From NCBI RefSeq assembly GCF_009914755.1, contig NC_060925.1: a DNA stretch of 64,000 nucleotides. One strand, given 5' to 3'. The notes under the pieces are model-generated. The model saw only the letters and a program-made list of their open reading frames with translations, was not told the DNA's origin and ran no database searches. Numbering within the stretch: the first letter of the stretch is position 1; every line of letters begins with the position of its first letter. A program made the position numbers and the translations under genes. The stretch is from the human T2T-CHM13v2.0 reference genome, Homo sapiens. Below, piece after piece: positions 13,815-27,059 of this stretch.

Positions 13815-16221
13815 CAAGTAGACCTCATTTTATTGCACTTCACTTTATTGTACTTTACAGACTTTGTGTATTTACGGATTGAAGGTTTGTGGCAACTCTG
13901 TGTACAGCAAATCTATCAGTTTCATCTTTCCAACAGCATGTGTCCACTTCAAGTCTCTGTGTCACACTTTGGTAATTATCACAATATTTCAAACGTTTTC
14001 ATTATTATTATACCTGCTGTGGTGATCTGCAACCAGTGATCACTGGCGTTACTATTGGAATTGTTTTGGTGTACCACAAACAGAAACTTTAAAAATGTGT
14101 GTGTTCCCACTGCTCTACTCACCAGTTATTCCCCTGCTATTCTCCCTCTCCTTAGGCAACCATAGTTTCTAGGACACAACAATATTGAAATTAGGATAGT
14201 TAATAAGTCTATAATGACCTCCAAGTGCTCAAGTGAAAGAAAAAGTTGCAAATCCCCTACTTTAAATCAAAAGCTAGATATGATTAAGTTTAGTGAGGAA
14301 GGCATGTAAAGCCGAGATAGGCCTCTTGTGGCTGTTACTAACTTGTGAATGAAAAAGAAAAGTTCTTGAAGGAAATTAGAAGTGCTACTCCAGTGAACAT
14401 ATGAATGATGAGAACGTGAGACATCCTAATGACTAATAGCAAGAAAGTTTTTGTGGTCTTTTATCACTAACATTTCAGTGGAGACAGCTTTAGTAACAGT
14501 GGAAAGTTTAGTGATAGATCAAAGCAGCCACAAGTTTCCCTGAAGCCCAACCCTAATCCAGAACAAGGCTATAGCTTTTTTCAATTCTGTGAAGGCTGAG
14601 AGTGGTGAGGAAGCTGCAGAAGAAAACTTGGAAGTTAGCAGAGATTGGTTCATGACGTTTAAGAAAAGAAGTTGTATCTATAACAGAAAAGTGCAAGATG
14701 AAGCAGCAAGTGCTGATGTAGAAGCTGCAGCAAGTTATCCAGAAGATCTAACTAAGATAATTGATGAAGGTGGCTGCACTACACAACAGATTTTCAAAGT
14801 AGAAGAAACAGCCTTGTATTGGAAAAGATGCCATCTAGGACTTTCATAGGTTGAGAGAAGTCAATGCCTGGCTTCAAAGCTTCAAAGGACAAGCTGACTC
14901 TCTTGTTAGGGGCTAATGTAGTTGGTAACTTTAAATTGAATCCAACATTTGTTTACTATTTTGAAAATCCTAAGACCCCTCCTAAAAATTATACCAAAGG
15001 TACTCAGCCTATGGTGTATAAATGGAGCAACAAAGCCTGTATGACAGCACATCTGTGTACAGCATGGTTTATGAATATTTGAAGCTCACTGTTAAGACAT
15101 ACAATTCAGAAAAAATACATATCTTTCAAAATATTACTGCTCATTGACCATGTACCTGGTCAACTGAGAGCTCTAATGGAGATGTACAGGGAAATTAATG
15201 TTGTTTTCATGTCTATTAACACAACATGCATTCTGTAGCCCATGGATCAAGAAATAATTTCAACTCTCAATTTTCATTACTTAACAAATACATTTTGTGA
15301 AGTTATAGCTGACATAGATAGTAGTAATTCCCCTGATAAATCTGGGCAAAGTAAATTGAAAACCCTTTAAAAAAACTTATCCATCCAGGTGCCTTTAAGA
15401 ACATTTCTGATTCATGGGAGGAGGTCAAAATATCAATGTTAACTGCAGCTTGGAAGAAGTTGATTCCAACCTCCATAGATGACTTTGAGGGATTCAAGAC
15501 ACAAGTGGAGGAAGTAACTGGAGATGTGACGGAAATAGCAAGAGAACTAGAATTGTAACTACAGCCCGAAGAAGTGACTGAATTGCTGCATCTCATTAGA
15601 AAACTTGAATGGATGAGGAGTTGCTTCTTATGGATGAGCAGAGAAAGTGGTTTCTTGAGATGAAATCTATTCCCGGTGAAGATGGTATGAACATGTGGCA
15701 ACAACAACCCAGGGCTTAGAATATTACATCAACTTAGTTGATAAAGTAGTGGCAGGGTTTGAGAGGACTGACTACCATTTTTTTAAAAACTGGGTAAAAT
15801 AATACCAAATAGCATCTCATGATACAGATAAATATTTTGTAATGGAAGAGTAAGTCAATGCATCAAACTTCACTGTCATTTTATTTTAACAATTTGCCAC
15901 AGCCACCCTGACCTTCAGTGACCACCACCCCAGTCAGCAGCCATTGACATTGAGGCAAGACTCTCCACCAGCAAAAAGATTACAATTTGCTGATGGCTCA
16001 GACGATTATTAACATTTTTCAGCAATAAAGTATTTTTTAATTAAGGTATGTAATTTTGTTTTTAGACATAATGCTATTGCACACTTAGTAGACTACAGTA
16101 TAGTGTGAACGTAAGTTCCATGTTGCACTGGGAAACCAAAGTTTTGTGTACTCACTTTATTGCAATATTCACTTAATTGAAGTGGTCTGGCACAAACCTG
16201 CAATACCTTTAGGTATGCCTG
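13815..16221 (+). mobile_element. Tigger1 DNA transposon, full length, decayed transposase
   Basis: Ends caagtagacctc / aggtatgcctg flanked by TA and TG; about 2.41 kb; ORF fragments [23 protein letters not shown] and MPGFKASKDKLTLLLGANVVG. Confidence 0.95.
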
Positions 16222-17401
16222 TGGTGGGAGGTAGGAGTCATGGAGACGGGGGAAACATATTTAAAATGTCAAAAGCTGTACACTAAAAAAATAACCCAGG
16301 AATTCTAACTAGAAGAAAATGCTTAAAAATATTCTTGGTTTCTAGAGCTTTATGTTTCTACTGTGGATTTTATCTTCTGTGCCAAAAAAAAAAAAAACTA
16401 AACTAAAAAAACTAAAGCCAACTGGGAGAGGTATCAAGAAGAAAGCCCGTGAAGCCTTCCAAGATACAGAAGACAAAAGCAATCTGACAGGACTGTGCTT
16501 GCTAAGGTGTGACTGTGCAGTATCTATGGCTTTTTCTGACCTCCTCTCACCCCTGCACCCAACACGCATCCTCAAACTCACATCAGATGATTCAGGCATG
16601 TCTTAGCAAACTCTTCAACAATAGCATGGATTAATTTTACATTCAAGTTTAGTTTTGTTGCACCATCTCATTTGTGGAAATAACTAGCTCCCTCAGCTTT
16701 TTTATTTTTTCTTCCTTTAATGGGGAACAAAGAAAAGTAGAGTGAGGAAAGAGACCAAGGGGTGAGTGAGGCAACTGAAAACTGTTCTTGCACCTGCGGT
16801 GCTGTAGAGCAGGTATGTTCACTTTCTTTTAAATGCAACTTAGTCCCTAACTCAAGACTTGGTTTCTGATTAAGAGTGGCAACTGAGGAATGGGCAGGAA
16901 GGGCAGGGTGCCTGCTGCCTGGCCTGCAGGAGTCTGTGGCTGGCTTTAGTTCTGGGGAAGCTCAGCTTCTCCACTTAAACCAATGACAGATGAGCGGTGA
17001 CAGCCAGGAATGCTGCGTCCCCCTGGATGTGCTGCTCCCCAAACATCATCTCAGGGCAGCAGTGATTGGCCTGGAAAGAGCCATGGTGGGCGCCTGCATG
17101 GCTACCTCTATCAGGCCCTGCAGCAGGCCCAAAAATGCAGAAAGCAAGACCGTCGCTGTCAAGGAGCTTCTAGGCAATCATAACCTGAAGAGAGCGTTTT
17201 TTTTTTCTATCTTTCTAGTAGTCACACTTTGGAAAGCTTCAGAGTAAGAGCTGTATACGCTTCTATTAGAAATAAAATTAGTCCCTATCTGGCTGATCCT
17301 TATTACTTAAAAATAACTATATAGTCCAAACTCTGTGTGTGTATGTGTGTGTTTTATGGATATATATATACATATATATATATACACACATAAAATATGA
17401 T

Positions 17402-17481
17402 CTTTCATAAGTAGAGAAGAGAAGTCAATGCCTGGCTTCAAAGCTTCAAGGGACAAGTGAACTCTCTTGTTAAGAGCTAAT
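17402..17481 (+). mobile_element. Isolated internal Tigger1 fragment (about 80 bp)
   Basis: gagaagtcaatgcctggcttcaaagcttcaa shared with 14841-14918. Confidence 0.85.
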
Positions 17482-17685
17482 TATATATAACATACCAATA
17501 TATAAATATGAATGTATATACTCATATATATGTCTAGTTCAGCAGGTAATCATTTTACAACAAAATAATTAAAAAATAAAGACAAGTAAAGATAAAAATG
17601 ACTAATCCTTAATTGCATATCTAGAGAGGCTCATCCTTAACATTTTGCTCAAACTCTTGCACTTTTTTCATGAAAGGCTAAATAA

Positions 17686-17800
17686 GCCAAGCATGTTATC
17701 ATGCACCAGGAGTAATAGCTACTCTAGAGGCTGAGGCAGGAAGATCGCTTGAGGCCATCCACTACACTCCAGATGTAGGCAACTCCATCTCTGAAAAAAT
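17686..17800 (+). mobile_element. Degenerate Alu monomer (FLAM/FRAM-like)
   Basis: gctactctagaggctgaggcaggaagatcgcttgaggcca. Confidence 0.65.
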
Positions 17801-17802
17801 TT

Positions 17803-17979
17803 AAAAGCCAAATAGTAATATTTTAGGATTTGCATACCATAAGTCTCTGTCAAATCTATTCTTCCAGAGCAACCATAGACAATATGTAACAAATGAGTGT
17901 GGCTGTGTTCCAATAAAACTTTATTTACAAAAGTAGGCAGTGGGATAAATTTGGCCCATCTCTTGTTTGCTGACCCCTG
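17803..17979 (+). mobile_element. MER58A (hAT-Charlie MITE)
   Basis: aaatgagtgtggctgtgttccaataaaactttatttacaaaa...tttgctgacccctg. Confidence 0.85.
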
Positions 17980-18649
17980 GATTAGGTAAAGTTAATGGAA
18001 CAATATGCAAGGGATTATTACCAGCCCAGGTATCTTACAAGTTAGTGGATCAGTTCCAGGCTCTCAGTCTAAGTGTCTACTTCTAAGGTGATTTGGATCA
18101 AACAACATATAAAAATTCTCATCGGAGCAGAGATACCAACAAAAAATGTGTTTACTCTGTCTATCTGACTATCAGTCAAGTGAATTTCTGCCTGGATTCC
18201 TGAGCAATGAATTGACATGTCTGCTCAATTAATTGTCTAACTCCCAACAGCATAGCGCTGCCCACAGCTCCTACATAAGCCACAGAGTAATACGTGGTGA
18301 TGGAACAAAATCAGTAGTAAAGAGGAAGAACCTGGTCTGGCTAGGGGGACACCTGCCCAGGTCTGCAGGCCCCTGTGAGTGAGCAAGAAAGCCTAACATT
18401 TGGATGTATGTCATGATGACTCCGGCTAGTCCTAGCGGGGTGGACAATGAAGTTATAAATACAGATTTTGCAGAGATATTTCTGCTTGCATTTGCTAGAT
18501 ACGGCCTGTTCACCTCAAACACAGATTAAGGAACAGCAGTGTTATCATGGATGTATCATGCCTACACTGAAGAGATAAGCGCTTGCAGGCACTGCCATCA
18601 TGTGGCTATGTTTGGTAATTTATTTGGTAATATACGAATGAATTTTCCT

Positions 18650-19050
18650 GTGGAAAGTGATATCAATATAGAATATATAGATATCAGTATAGAATTTATG
18701 GAAATTTATTGATGGCAATATAGAGTTTATAGAAATTCATAATAAATTATAAATTATGGTGAAATCAAATTTATTTTTCAAATATTTGAAATAAATTTTA
18801 TATATAAAGTTTACTATATTAATATTTATTGTAAATATAAACTTCATATATGTATTATTTATTAAATATTGATTAAATGTGTTATAAATAATGGTATTAA
18901 TATAAATATTTATTATAAAATGAATTTTGGTAATATATTAATTATAAAATAAATAATAAACATATATTTGAAATATAAAATTCACAATAAAATTTGTTAT
19001 AATAAAGTTGAAATCCAGCTACATAAATAAATCAAATTCATACATTGAGA
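18650..19050. repeat. AT-rich low-complexity region
   Basis: Directly visible. Confidence 0.85.
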
Positions 19051-19157
19051 ACACTGTATGCATTTTCTAATGTAAACATGACTATGATGGAGGTTTTTTA
19101 AAGGTTAATTGAAATGATGAAAGAAATGGTAAGGTCTTAGGTTCCCATGGGGATAAT

Positions 19158-19640
19158 GTGTTTTTATTTGGTTTCTCTCTCCAACAAGGAAAGACTTGGA
19201 TGTGTATAGTTTATTTGGGAAATGGTGACAGGAAGCCAGGGAAAGGGAGAGTAACACACAGACAAAGCTAAAAAGGCGAATTAATGAGTTGGTTACTATT
19301 GTGAGCAACTGGAGATCAATCCCAAAGTGGATATTCTGAAGAATTATATAGAGTGCATTTCATAATTGTCTCTTTGAGGGACAATGTGGAGTATTTATTT
19401 AACAACCCAGTTTCCATTGGTTGAAAGTTCCCCTCAGGGACTTTAGCTCCTCTGAATTTATAAGCTGTGCTTGGGCAAAAGAGGCAGCCTTACATAGCCT
19501 GAACAAAAACCTGAGTAAGTAAAGGAGAAAGACTCTCAACAGAGGACATAGCAGCTGCTGGAACTGTCTGCTATGGCCGCACTGCTAAATGGATTTGAGA
19601 ATAGAAGCAAGTGGCAGAATGAGCAGATACGAGTTTTGGC
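19158..19640 (-). mobile_element. LTR33-like ERVL LTR
   Basis: tagtttatttggga..gttactattgtgagcaactggagatcaatccc..gtatttattt..cattggttgaa. Confidence 0.65.
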
Positions 19641-19908
19641 AATAACTTAGGCTGAGGATTTGGGGAGTGTGGTAGACTAATCTGAATAATTTATGCAGAC
19701 AAAGATTTGTGCTGAAAAAAATGTAAAATTTTGGATTTAAAAATGTTTAATATTTTTAAAAGCAGTATTAAAAATGGACTAATTTGTCATGAATGATCTT
19801 AAAGACCAAATTCCAAGGGAAGGTGGGAGACCAAAGAGTTAAGTGGAGTTATTGAAGCTGTTTTTTTCCTAATAGCATTTGCCAACAAAGGGAATGAACT
19901 TTCAGGGA

Positions 19909-20018
19909 TTTTTGTTTGTTTTGCTTTTTATTTTATTTATTTTTATTATACTTTAAGTTCTGAGATACATGTGCAGAATGTGCAGGTTTGTTACATAGGT
20001 ATACATGTGCCATGGTGG
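19909..20018 (-). mobile_element. Short 5'-truncated L1PA (PA7-10-like) 3' end
   Basis: ttattatactttaagttctgagatacatgtgcagaatgtgcagg; candidate TSD aac(t/c)ttcag. Confidence 0.85.
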
Positions 20019-20136
20019 CAACCTTCAGTTTTGAAGGCATTTATGAAGTAAGCAGACAGAGGTCAAAGACCAGAGCTTGTCTAAAGTAAAGAGTCTAGTA
20101 GGAGGCCTCCTTTAGAAGTCAAAAGACTAAATAAGT

Positions 20137-20310
20137 AATTCTTAATACTTGCTGCACTTAAACATCAACTGGGGTTCTCCTTAAAAATCCTTACACTCGA
20201 GCTCTGACCCATCACCAGAGACTGATTTAGTAAGTCTAGAGTTGAGGCTGAGTGTGAGTGTTTTAAAGCCTCGCTCCACCTCCAGGTGGTTCCAGTTACA
20301 GTCAAGGATG
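20137..20310. mobile_element. MER5-family hAT MITE
   Basis: ttcttaatacttgctgcactta..ccagagactgatttagtaagtctagagttgaggc..tccaggtggttcc. Confidence 0.6.
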
Positions 20311-20344
20311 CTATTCAGAGCAACTGTGAACTAGAACTAGCAGG

Positions 20345-20662
20345 GCAAGCAGGTTTAGGATTGGCTAGCTGGAATAATTTCAGTGGGCTCTGAAGCAGAG
20401 GAATTGTTCTTACTTTCTGGTATTTGGCCTTTGGGTGAGTAGGGCAGATGGGTAGTGACCCAGAGTGTGAGAGCCAACAGAGAAAGTGGTGGCGTGTGGG
20501 CTTCAGGTTGGTTAGTTTGCATATGAAAGGCACACTTGCAGGAGAATCCCTTAGTATCTCTAAAAACTGCCTAGCCCTGGGAGGATCAGTCTCTCCAGGA
20601 TCAGCAAAGCCCCAAGATGTCTAAAGCTTTAAATAGGGAAACTAGAAAATGTGTTAATTATG
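20345..20662 (-). mobile_element. MER74-like ERVL LTR fragment
   Basis: aagcaggtttaggattggctag..gtttgcatatgaaagg..tagccctgggagg. Confidence 0.75.
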
Positions 20663-20714
20663 GGGTTGCATATCTTGGATGGTCCATGAAGTCAAGCCAA
20701 GAGCTTAGCACAAA

Positions 20715-22088
20715 ACACCCAGAATAGTCAAAGTGACCTGAGAACGAAGAACAAAGCTGGAGGCATCACACTTCCTGATTTGAAAATGTAATACAAATTT
20801 ACAGTAATTAAGACAGTATGGAACTGGCATAAAGACAGACATATAGACCAATGAAACAGAATAGAGAGCCCAATAAAACAGAATAGAACCCAGAAATAAA
20901 ATATTTGGAAAATATATTGAAAAGGCACTCAATATCACTAATAATCAGAGAAATGCAAATCAAAACCACAGTGACACATCACCGCACACCTGTTAGGATG
21001 GCTACTATTAAAAAAAAAAAAGGCCAGGCACAGTGGCTCATGCCTGTAATCCTAGCTCCTGGAGAGGCCGAGGTGGACAGATCTCTTGAGCCCAGGAGTT
21101 CAAGACCAGCCTGCATAACATGGCAAAACCCTATCTCTACTAAAAATACAAAAATTAACTGGGTGTGGTGGTTTGCACCTATAGTCCCACCTGCTCAGGA
21201 GGATGAGGTGGGAGGATCACCTGAGTCTGGGGAGATCAAGGCTGTGGTGAGCCCAGATCATGCCACTGCACTCCAGCCTGGGTGACAGAGTGAGACCCCA
21301 TCAAAAAAAAAAAAAAGAAACTTTAAAAAATAATGGTGTTGATAATGATTGTAGAAATTGGAACCCTTGTACACTGTTGATTAGAATGTACAAGGGTGTG
21401 GCTACTATGCAAAACACTATGAAGGTTCCTCAAAAAATTAAAAATATTACTACCACACGATCCAGCAATATCACCTCTAGGTATACATTCAGAAGAAGAA
21501 AAACCAGGACCCTGGAGAGATAGCTGCACTCCCAAGTTCATTATTCACAATAATCATTCACAATAGTCAAGATATGGAAATAACACAAATATCCAAAAAT
21601 GGATAAAAATGTGTGTGAATATTATTTAGCTTTTAAAAAGAATGTTCTGTCATCTGAAACAATAGGGATAAACCTGAAGACATTATGCTAAACAAATAAA
21701 GCCAGTTACAGACGACAAATACTGCATGGCCTCACTTATATGTGGAATCTAAAATCGTGAAACTCATAAAAGCAGAGAATAGAATGGTGGTTGCCAAGAG
21801 TTGACGGAAGGGAAAATTGGGAGTGGTTATTCAATGGGTATAAAGTTTCAGTATCATACACTTAAAAATTTGTTAAGAGGCTAGATCTCATGTTATATGT
21901 TGCTACAAAATAAACAAAGAGGTACAAGGAAACTTCTGGAGGGGTGGATATATCTATTGCATTGATTGTGGTGATGATTTTATAAGTATATGCATACATT
22001 GAAACCTATCAAATTGTATATAATAATATGTGCAGTTGTTATATATCAATTTCACCTCAATGAAGTTGTTTTAAAAATAAATAAATAT
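20715..22088 (+). mobile_element. L1MA/MB 3' fragment with internal deletions, interrupted by AluJ
   Basis: ORF2 C-terminal remnants ([15 protein letters not shown]) and an old L1 3'UTR. Confidence 0.8.
21022..21317 (+). mobile_element. AluJ
   Basis: cttgagcccaggagttcaagacc and gagatcaaggctg; A tail. Confidence 0.92.
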
Positions 22089-22485
22089 TCCTGTTTGCAG
22101 CTGGTCAAAATGGGGAAATTGATACTTAAAATAAAAGCCATTACTTACAAAAGAGTACTATGGTTCACAAAATAGATGAACTGTACTAAATCACAGCCTG
22201 CAAGACAAACTAAGTTCAAATTCTTTTTAATACCATATTTAATTATGAAGTATTACAAAGTCTTCAAATTACTTTTAAATGGTTCATTAAAGAAAGTGTA
22301 CAGAGAGAAAGTGTGCCAAAATATTAACCAACTTTTAATTTTGATCAAAGTTATGTGGGTGTTCATTGCTGTATTCTTTCTACTTATCTGGATGTTTAAA
22401 ATGTTTCAATTTAAAATGTTGAGAGGAAAAAAAGATCTGTCCTACTGCACAAAGACATTCTTGTAATGTTAAAGTATTATAAATG

Positions 22486-22640
22486 GGCCTGGCATGGTGG
22501 CTCATTCCTGTAATACCAGCACTTTGAGAGGCTGAGGTGGGAGGATCGCTTGAGTCCAGGAATTCGAGGCTGCAGTGAGCTATGATTGCTGCACTGCACT
22601 CCAGCCTAGGTGACAGAGGAAAACCTTGTCTCTGGAAAAC
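22486..22640 (+). mobile_element. Alu monomer (FAM/FRAM-like or internally deleted AluJ)
   Basis: ggcctggcatggtggctca..gaggctgcagtgagctatgatt..aaccttgtctc. Confidence 0.85.
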
Positions 22641-22839
22641 AAACCAATGAAACAGAATAGAGAGCCCAGTGAAACATAATAGAGAACCCAGAAATAAAAT
22701 ATTTTGAAAATATATTGAAAAGGTGCTCAATATCACTAATAATCAGATAAAATAATCAGAAAAAAAACAGTACAATTGAGATCTTGGCAATAAGAAATTG
22801 CTTGAATGCATTTGGTACATTGGTGCAGCAACTGAGTGG

Positions 22840-23195
22840 ATTCAGTCTGTCAGTCTACAAATATCTACTGAGGAAATTATCTGCATCACATACTATTCTA
22901 ATCCCTGAGGATGTGTCGTAATAAAGATAGAGAAGGTTTCAGCTCTCAGGAAGCCCATATTCTACACAGGGCAGAGCCAACACAAGCAAACAAATAAATG
23001 AACAAGATCATTTCAAAGGATGAGTGACTTATGGTATGGGAAATGACAAGTGGCAGAGACTCTTTAAATTGAGGACAAAGGAAGGCCATGCTAAGGTGGT
23101 GGTATTTGGGCTGAGGATTGCATGACAACAAGAAACCAACCAAAGGAAGACCTTTCAAATCCTCCTATCCTCACAAAAGGAAATCCAAGTGCAAA
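22840..23195 (-). mobile_element. L2 fragment
   Basis: caaatatctactgag..gctctcaggaagcccatattcta..aaacaaataaatgaacaagatcatttca. Confidence 0.65.
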
Positions 23196-24328
23196 AGCAC
23201 CAATGTCAATATGAGAAATGCTGAACAGCATTAAAAACATGATGTCAATTATACATCATAGCATAGAAAAATTCTTGCAATATGCTGTTTTGTGTAGAGT
23301 GGTATAAAACCACTTCTAATCTACAATGGGATACAATGATTCTAAGAAGTATATACACATATAGGATGACAATGCAAACTATTAACAGTATGACAGTATG
23401 TTGAAATTCATGGGTCACTTTTATTTTCTTTCTTTCACTATCTGCTTTTCTTAAAGGTTGTACAAATAAACACGTGTTATTTTTCTAACTTCAAAAAATG
23501 AATTCTGCCCAGTCCTAGAGGAAAAATAAAGCAACAGCAGAAAGAGCCCACCGAGACTCTCTGGTGCCCAGGATGAAGGTCAATCTGGACACCAGACAAG
23601 GACCATCCTGATCCCATCTAGAAACAATCCAACAGGTGGCAGCTCTTTCCATTCCAAAGAGAGCTATCAACTCTCTACATGGAGAAGCTTCATGCACTTT
23701 AATGAAGAAATTGCTTTTACTTTCTCCTTTGACTACAGACCTTGGTACTGAGACAAGAAAATAAGGAAGAACTACTCATATGCTACCAGCACCAGGAAAT
23801 GAGCTGAGTCTATCAAATTAAACTAAAGACCTGGTAAAGCTGTGACTGTAGGTCAAAGTCCTGGCAGCAGCCAGAGATGGAGGCAACTCACAAGGAGCCC
23901 ACTGGTGGGAGCCAGGTGATAATTCCACCAATTCCTCTTTAACCACTTGGCCATCAATTTCGAAGACATCATGCTTCTCAGCAGATGTCCACATGAGGAC
24001 AGCAGGGGTATTTTAAGAGAGTTGAACTGATCCTTACAGAACTGACAGAGAGAAACACAGAGGTACAGAGGGAGACAGAGAGAGGGAGGGAGGAGGAAGA
24101 CAAAAAGAGAAAAAGAGAGAGAATTAATAAACAGCTATGTTTACATACTTCTCTTTTGTGGAATAAGACTGGATTTCCAAGAGGCAACACACTGTGCTTC
24201 CAGAGGTGAAAGATTTTGCCTGGAGAAAAAAAGTTTACAAAGGTGAAAGTTTATAGGAAGAGATTCAGGGCAGATAAGCCAAAGGCAGTAGAAGAAAGAG
24301 GTAAGGAAATCTGAATCCACCAGAACCC

Positions 24329-24790
24329 GCATATTACTAAGTGAAAGAAGCCAACTTGAGAAGGCTGGATATATATGATTCTAACTATACGACATTGTGG
24401 AAAGTACAAAACCATGCAGACAGTAAAAGAATAATGATTTCTAGGGGTTAAAGGAAGGGAGGCACGAACAGGCAGAGTACAGAGGATTATCAAGGCAGTG
24501 AAACTATTCTGTATGATGCTATAATGATGGATACCTGACATTATGCATTTCCCCATAGAATGCACAACACCAAGGGTAGCCCTATGCAAACTATGAACTT
24601 TGTGTGATAATGATGTGCCAATGGAGGTCCATAAATTGTCACACAAGTGCCACTCTAGAGGAGGATATGAATAGTGGGGGAGGTTATACTTGTGTGGGAG
24701 CAGTGGGTACATGGGAAATCTTGGTACCTTCTGCTCAGTACTGCTGTGAACCTAAAACTGCTCTAAAAATAAAGTTTATTAAAAAAAACA
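24329..24790 (+). mobile_element. L1MC-type 3' end
   Basis: ctaagtgaaagaagccaa..ggcagtgaaactattctgtatga..ctgtgaacctaaaactgctctaaaaataaagtttatt. Confidence 0.85.
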
Positions 24791-25949
24791 ACAAAGATCA
24801 TGTACTTACTGCTTCTGAACTGCCATATGCGATAAATGTAAAGGAAACGCTCTTAGAGTCCAAGAGGCCCAGAAGTCTGAATATCCACTGATACAGAACC
24901 ATCTATTTTGTCCTTCAAAGTACTCTAATTTCTTTTTCCTTTAAGGTACCTCCTTCCTTTACCTTTGCCCTTACACCCACACTCCCATCCCCAATTTGTA
25001 CTCTGTCTTACATAACGTCATTCCTTTGAAGCCAGTGCTAGGTGACAGCTACCTAGGCTCATAAACTCATCTATGGCTTTAGGTGCTTTGCACTTTTCTA
25101 CGGTTTTAACCATGAAAGTGACTGAGTATTCATTGGAAGGCTTTGGGTTTTTTCCAGTGAACTTATTTCAACACAGTCTTTCAGACTGCGTGGCCTTACA
25201 GCATAGACAGATGATGAAGGTGCTCCCTGCACTAATCTGCTGCTGTTATCCCATTAGCAAATGTTAGCTAAGCATTTACTCTGTGCTGGGTGTTGTGCTG
25301 CATGTTAGGAAGTCAAACAAGTAATACATGATCTCTTCCTTTAAAAAGGTTCCAGGTAACTAGGAAGTGACTAGAAGTTATTAAGCTCCACAGGTAACTT
25401 TCTAGGAATTTTGCCATAAGCAAGCAGTGTGTGTCTAAAATCTGCTGCAAAGTGTTATCATTCTCTTAATCCATGGTTGACACATGCATTCTTATCACCA
25501 TTAAAACATTTTCAAAATGGCTGTTACCCCAACACACACTTTTACAGTTTTGTTAGTCCTTTTGCCCCCAGTGACTCTGTGGCCAGCCCTAGGCAGCACG
25601 GTTTTGTAGAGCATGCCCCAAATTCTGGGCTGAACTCAGCGTGACCCTTGCCTCATTTCTCCCATTGGCTCTTTCCAACTCCAGCATGCTTTGGATAGTT
25701 CAGTCCACACCTGGCAGAGACTAAGTACTGACTAATTGTTGACCTAAGATTTTTTCCCCCCAAGTTTTAGTTGAATCACTTTAAGTAAAATTTAACCAAA
25801 CCAACCATCATATTCCTTAGTGTTGAACTGCTACAGTAATCAACTGATGCTTCTTCTATATTTACTAATTTCACCTAATTGAGCATCTTCTGCAACTGGT
25901 TACTTTTCAGAAAGGCCAAATGAGACCATATAGGAAAGAATCTTTTTTA

Positions 25950-27000
25950 TCTTGGGTGGGAAAGATCTTTTTAAGAAGACTCCAAAACAATTACACATCA
26001 TAGAGGGAAAATCGTTGAATTTCTTTTCATTAAGGGAACCCTCAAATCCATAAAATACAGATGACTTGGCAAAGCTAGTTACAGCACCTAAAATTGATGT
26101 AATATCTACATCTGGGTATATGTAGAATATATAACATTATAATATATATATATACACATATATATGTGGTAAAGTTAGCAAAAGCCTGAGAGGTTTCAAC
26201 AAGAAATTTTAAATGTATTAACCCAATAAAGAAGTAATATCTAGAACATTCAAGACATACCAACAAATTAACAAGCAACTAAAACAAAAAGCTAGTTAAG
26301 CCAATAATGAGCAAATAATTTATATCCATATAAATTATGCATACTATTTGTATCCATAAGATGGAAAAACCTGAAAACTAGTAAATATATAGTGCTCAAC
26401 CCTACTAGTGTTAAAAAATTAAAAAATAAATCTGATACCACTTTGTAACTATCACCTGTAAAAAAAAAAAAATCAGAGTCAGAAAACACTAAATGTCAGC
26501 AAACCGATGCTAAACAAGAACATTTGTTCTTCTGGTAGAAGAAGAAATGGTATAGTCTTTCTAGAGAGCAATCTGGCAATACTTGTACCATAAGCCTTCT
26601 TCCAACTGCTGGATGTATATCCCAGAGCAACTCTTTCCAACTTCTCTACAGGGACATGTAAATGCATAGGCATCTATGGCAGGGGATACTGAAGCACCCT
26701 AGATGACCATAGCCAGAGAGGAAAACTAACATGCTGGATGGACAAATCTTGAACAACACAAAAGTGAGTGGAAAAAAATAAGAAACATTAAATGTATTTT
26801 ACATCCCATTTAATTAGAAACACACACGTATAAAATAATGCTATATGATTTTATATAAAATATGTACATTCAAAGACACATAGCAAGTGTGTTAAACAGG
26901 ACTTATTGAAAAGGCAGGGGAAGAAATGGGAATGATAACTGGAGGGGAAAGATAAAAATATTAAAATTAAGGTAACAGTAAACAAAACTGGTCCCTTGCA
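25950..27000 (+). mobile_element. Very old L1 (L1ME-like) fragments
   Basis: gtctttctagagagcaatctggcaata..ggatgtatatcccagagcaactct; weak similarity. Confidence 0.45.
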
Positions 27001-27059
27001 CAGATAAATACTGAGAAGTACACTGAGTTAGAAGCAAGGCTCAGCTTCAGTTGTGATAG

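Noticed and set aside
13579-13882. Tyr/Ile/His/Cys-rich ORFs
   Set aside because: They are translations of the (TG)n/(TA)n microsatellite.
14589-15082. TIGD1-like host gene
   Set aside because: The ORF pieces lie inside an ordinary Tigger1 with many stops and frameshifts.
18405-18575. C/D box snoRNA (atgatga ... ctga)
   Set aside because: Spacing is long, there is no convincing terminal stem and no recognisable guide sequence.
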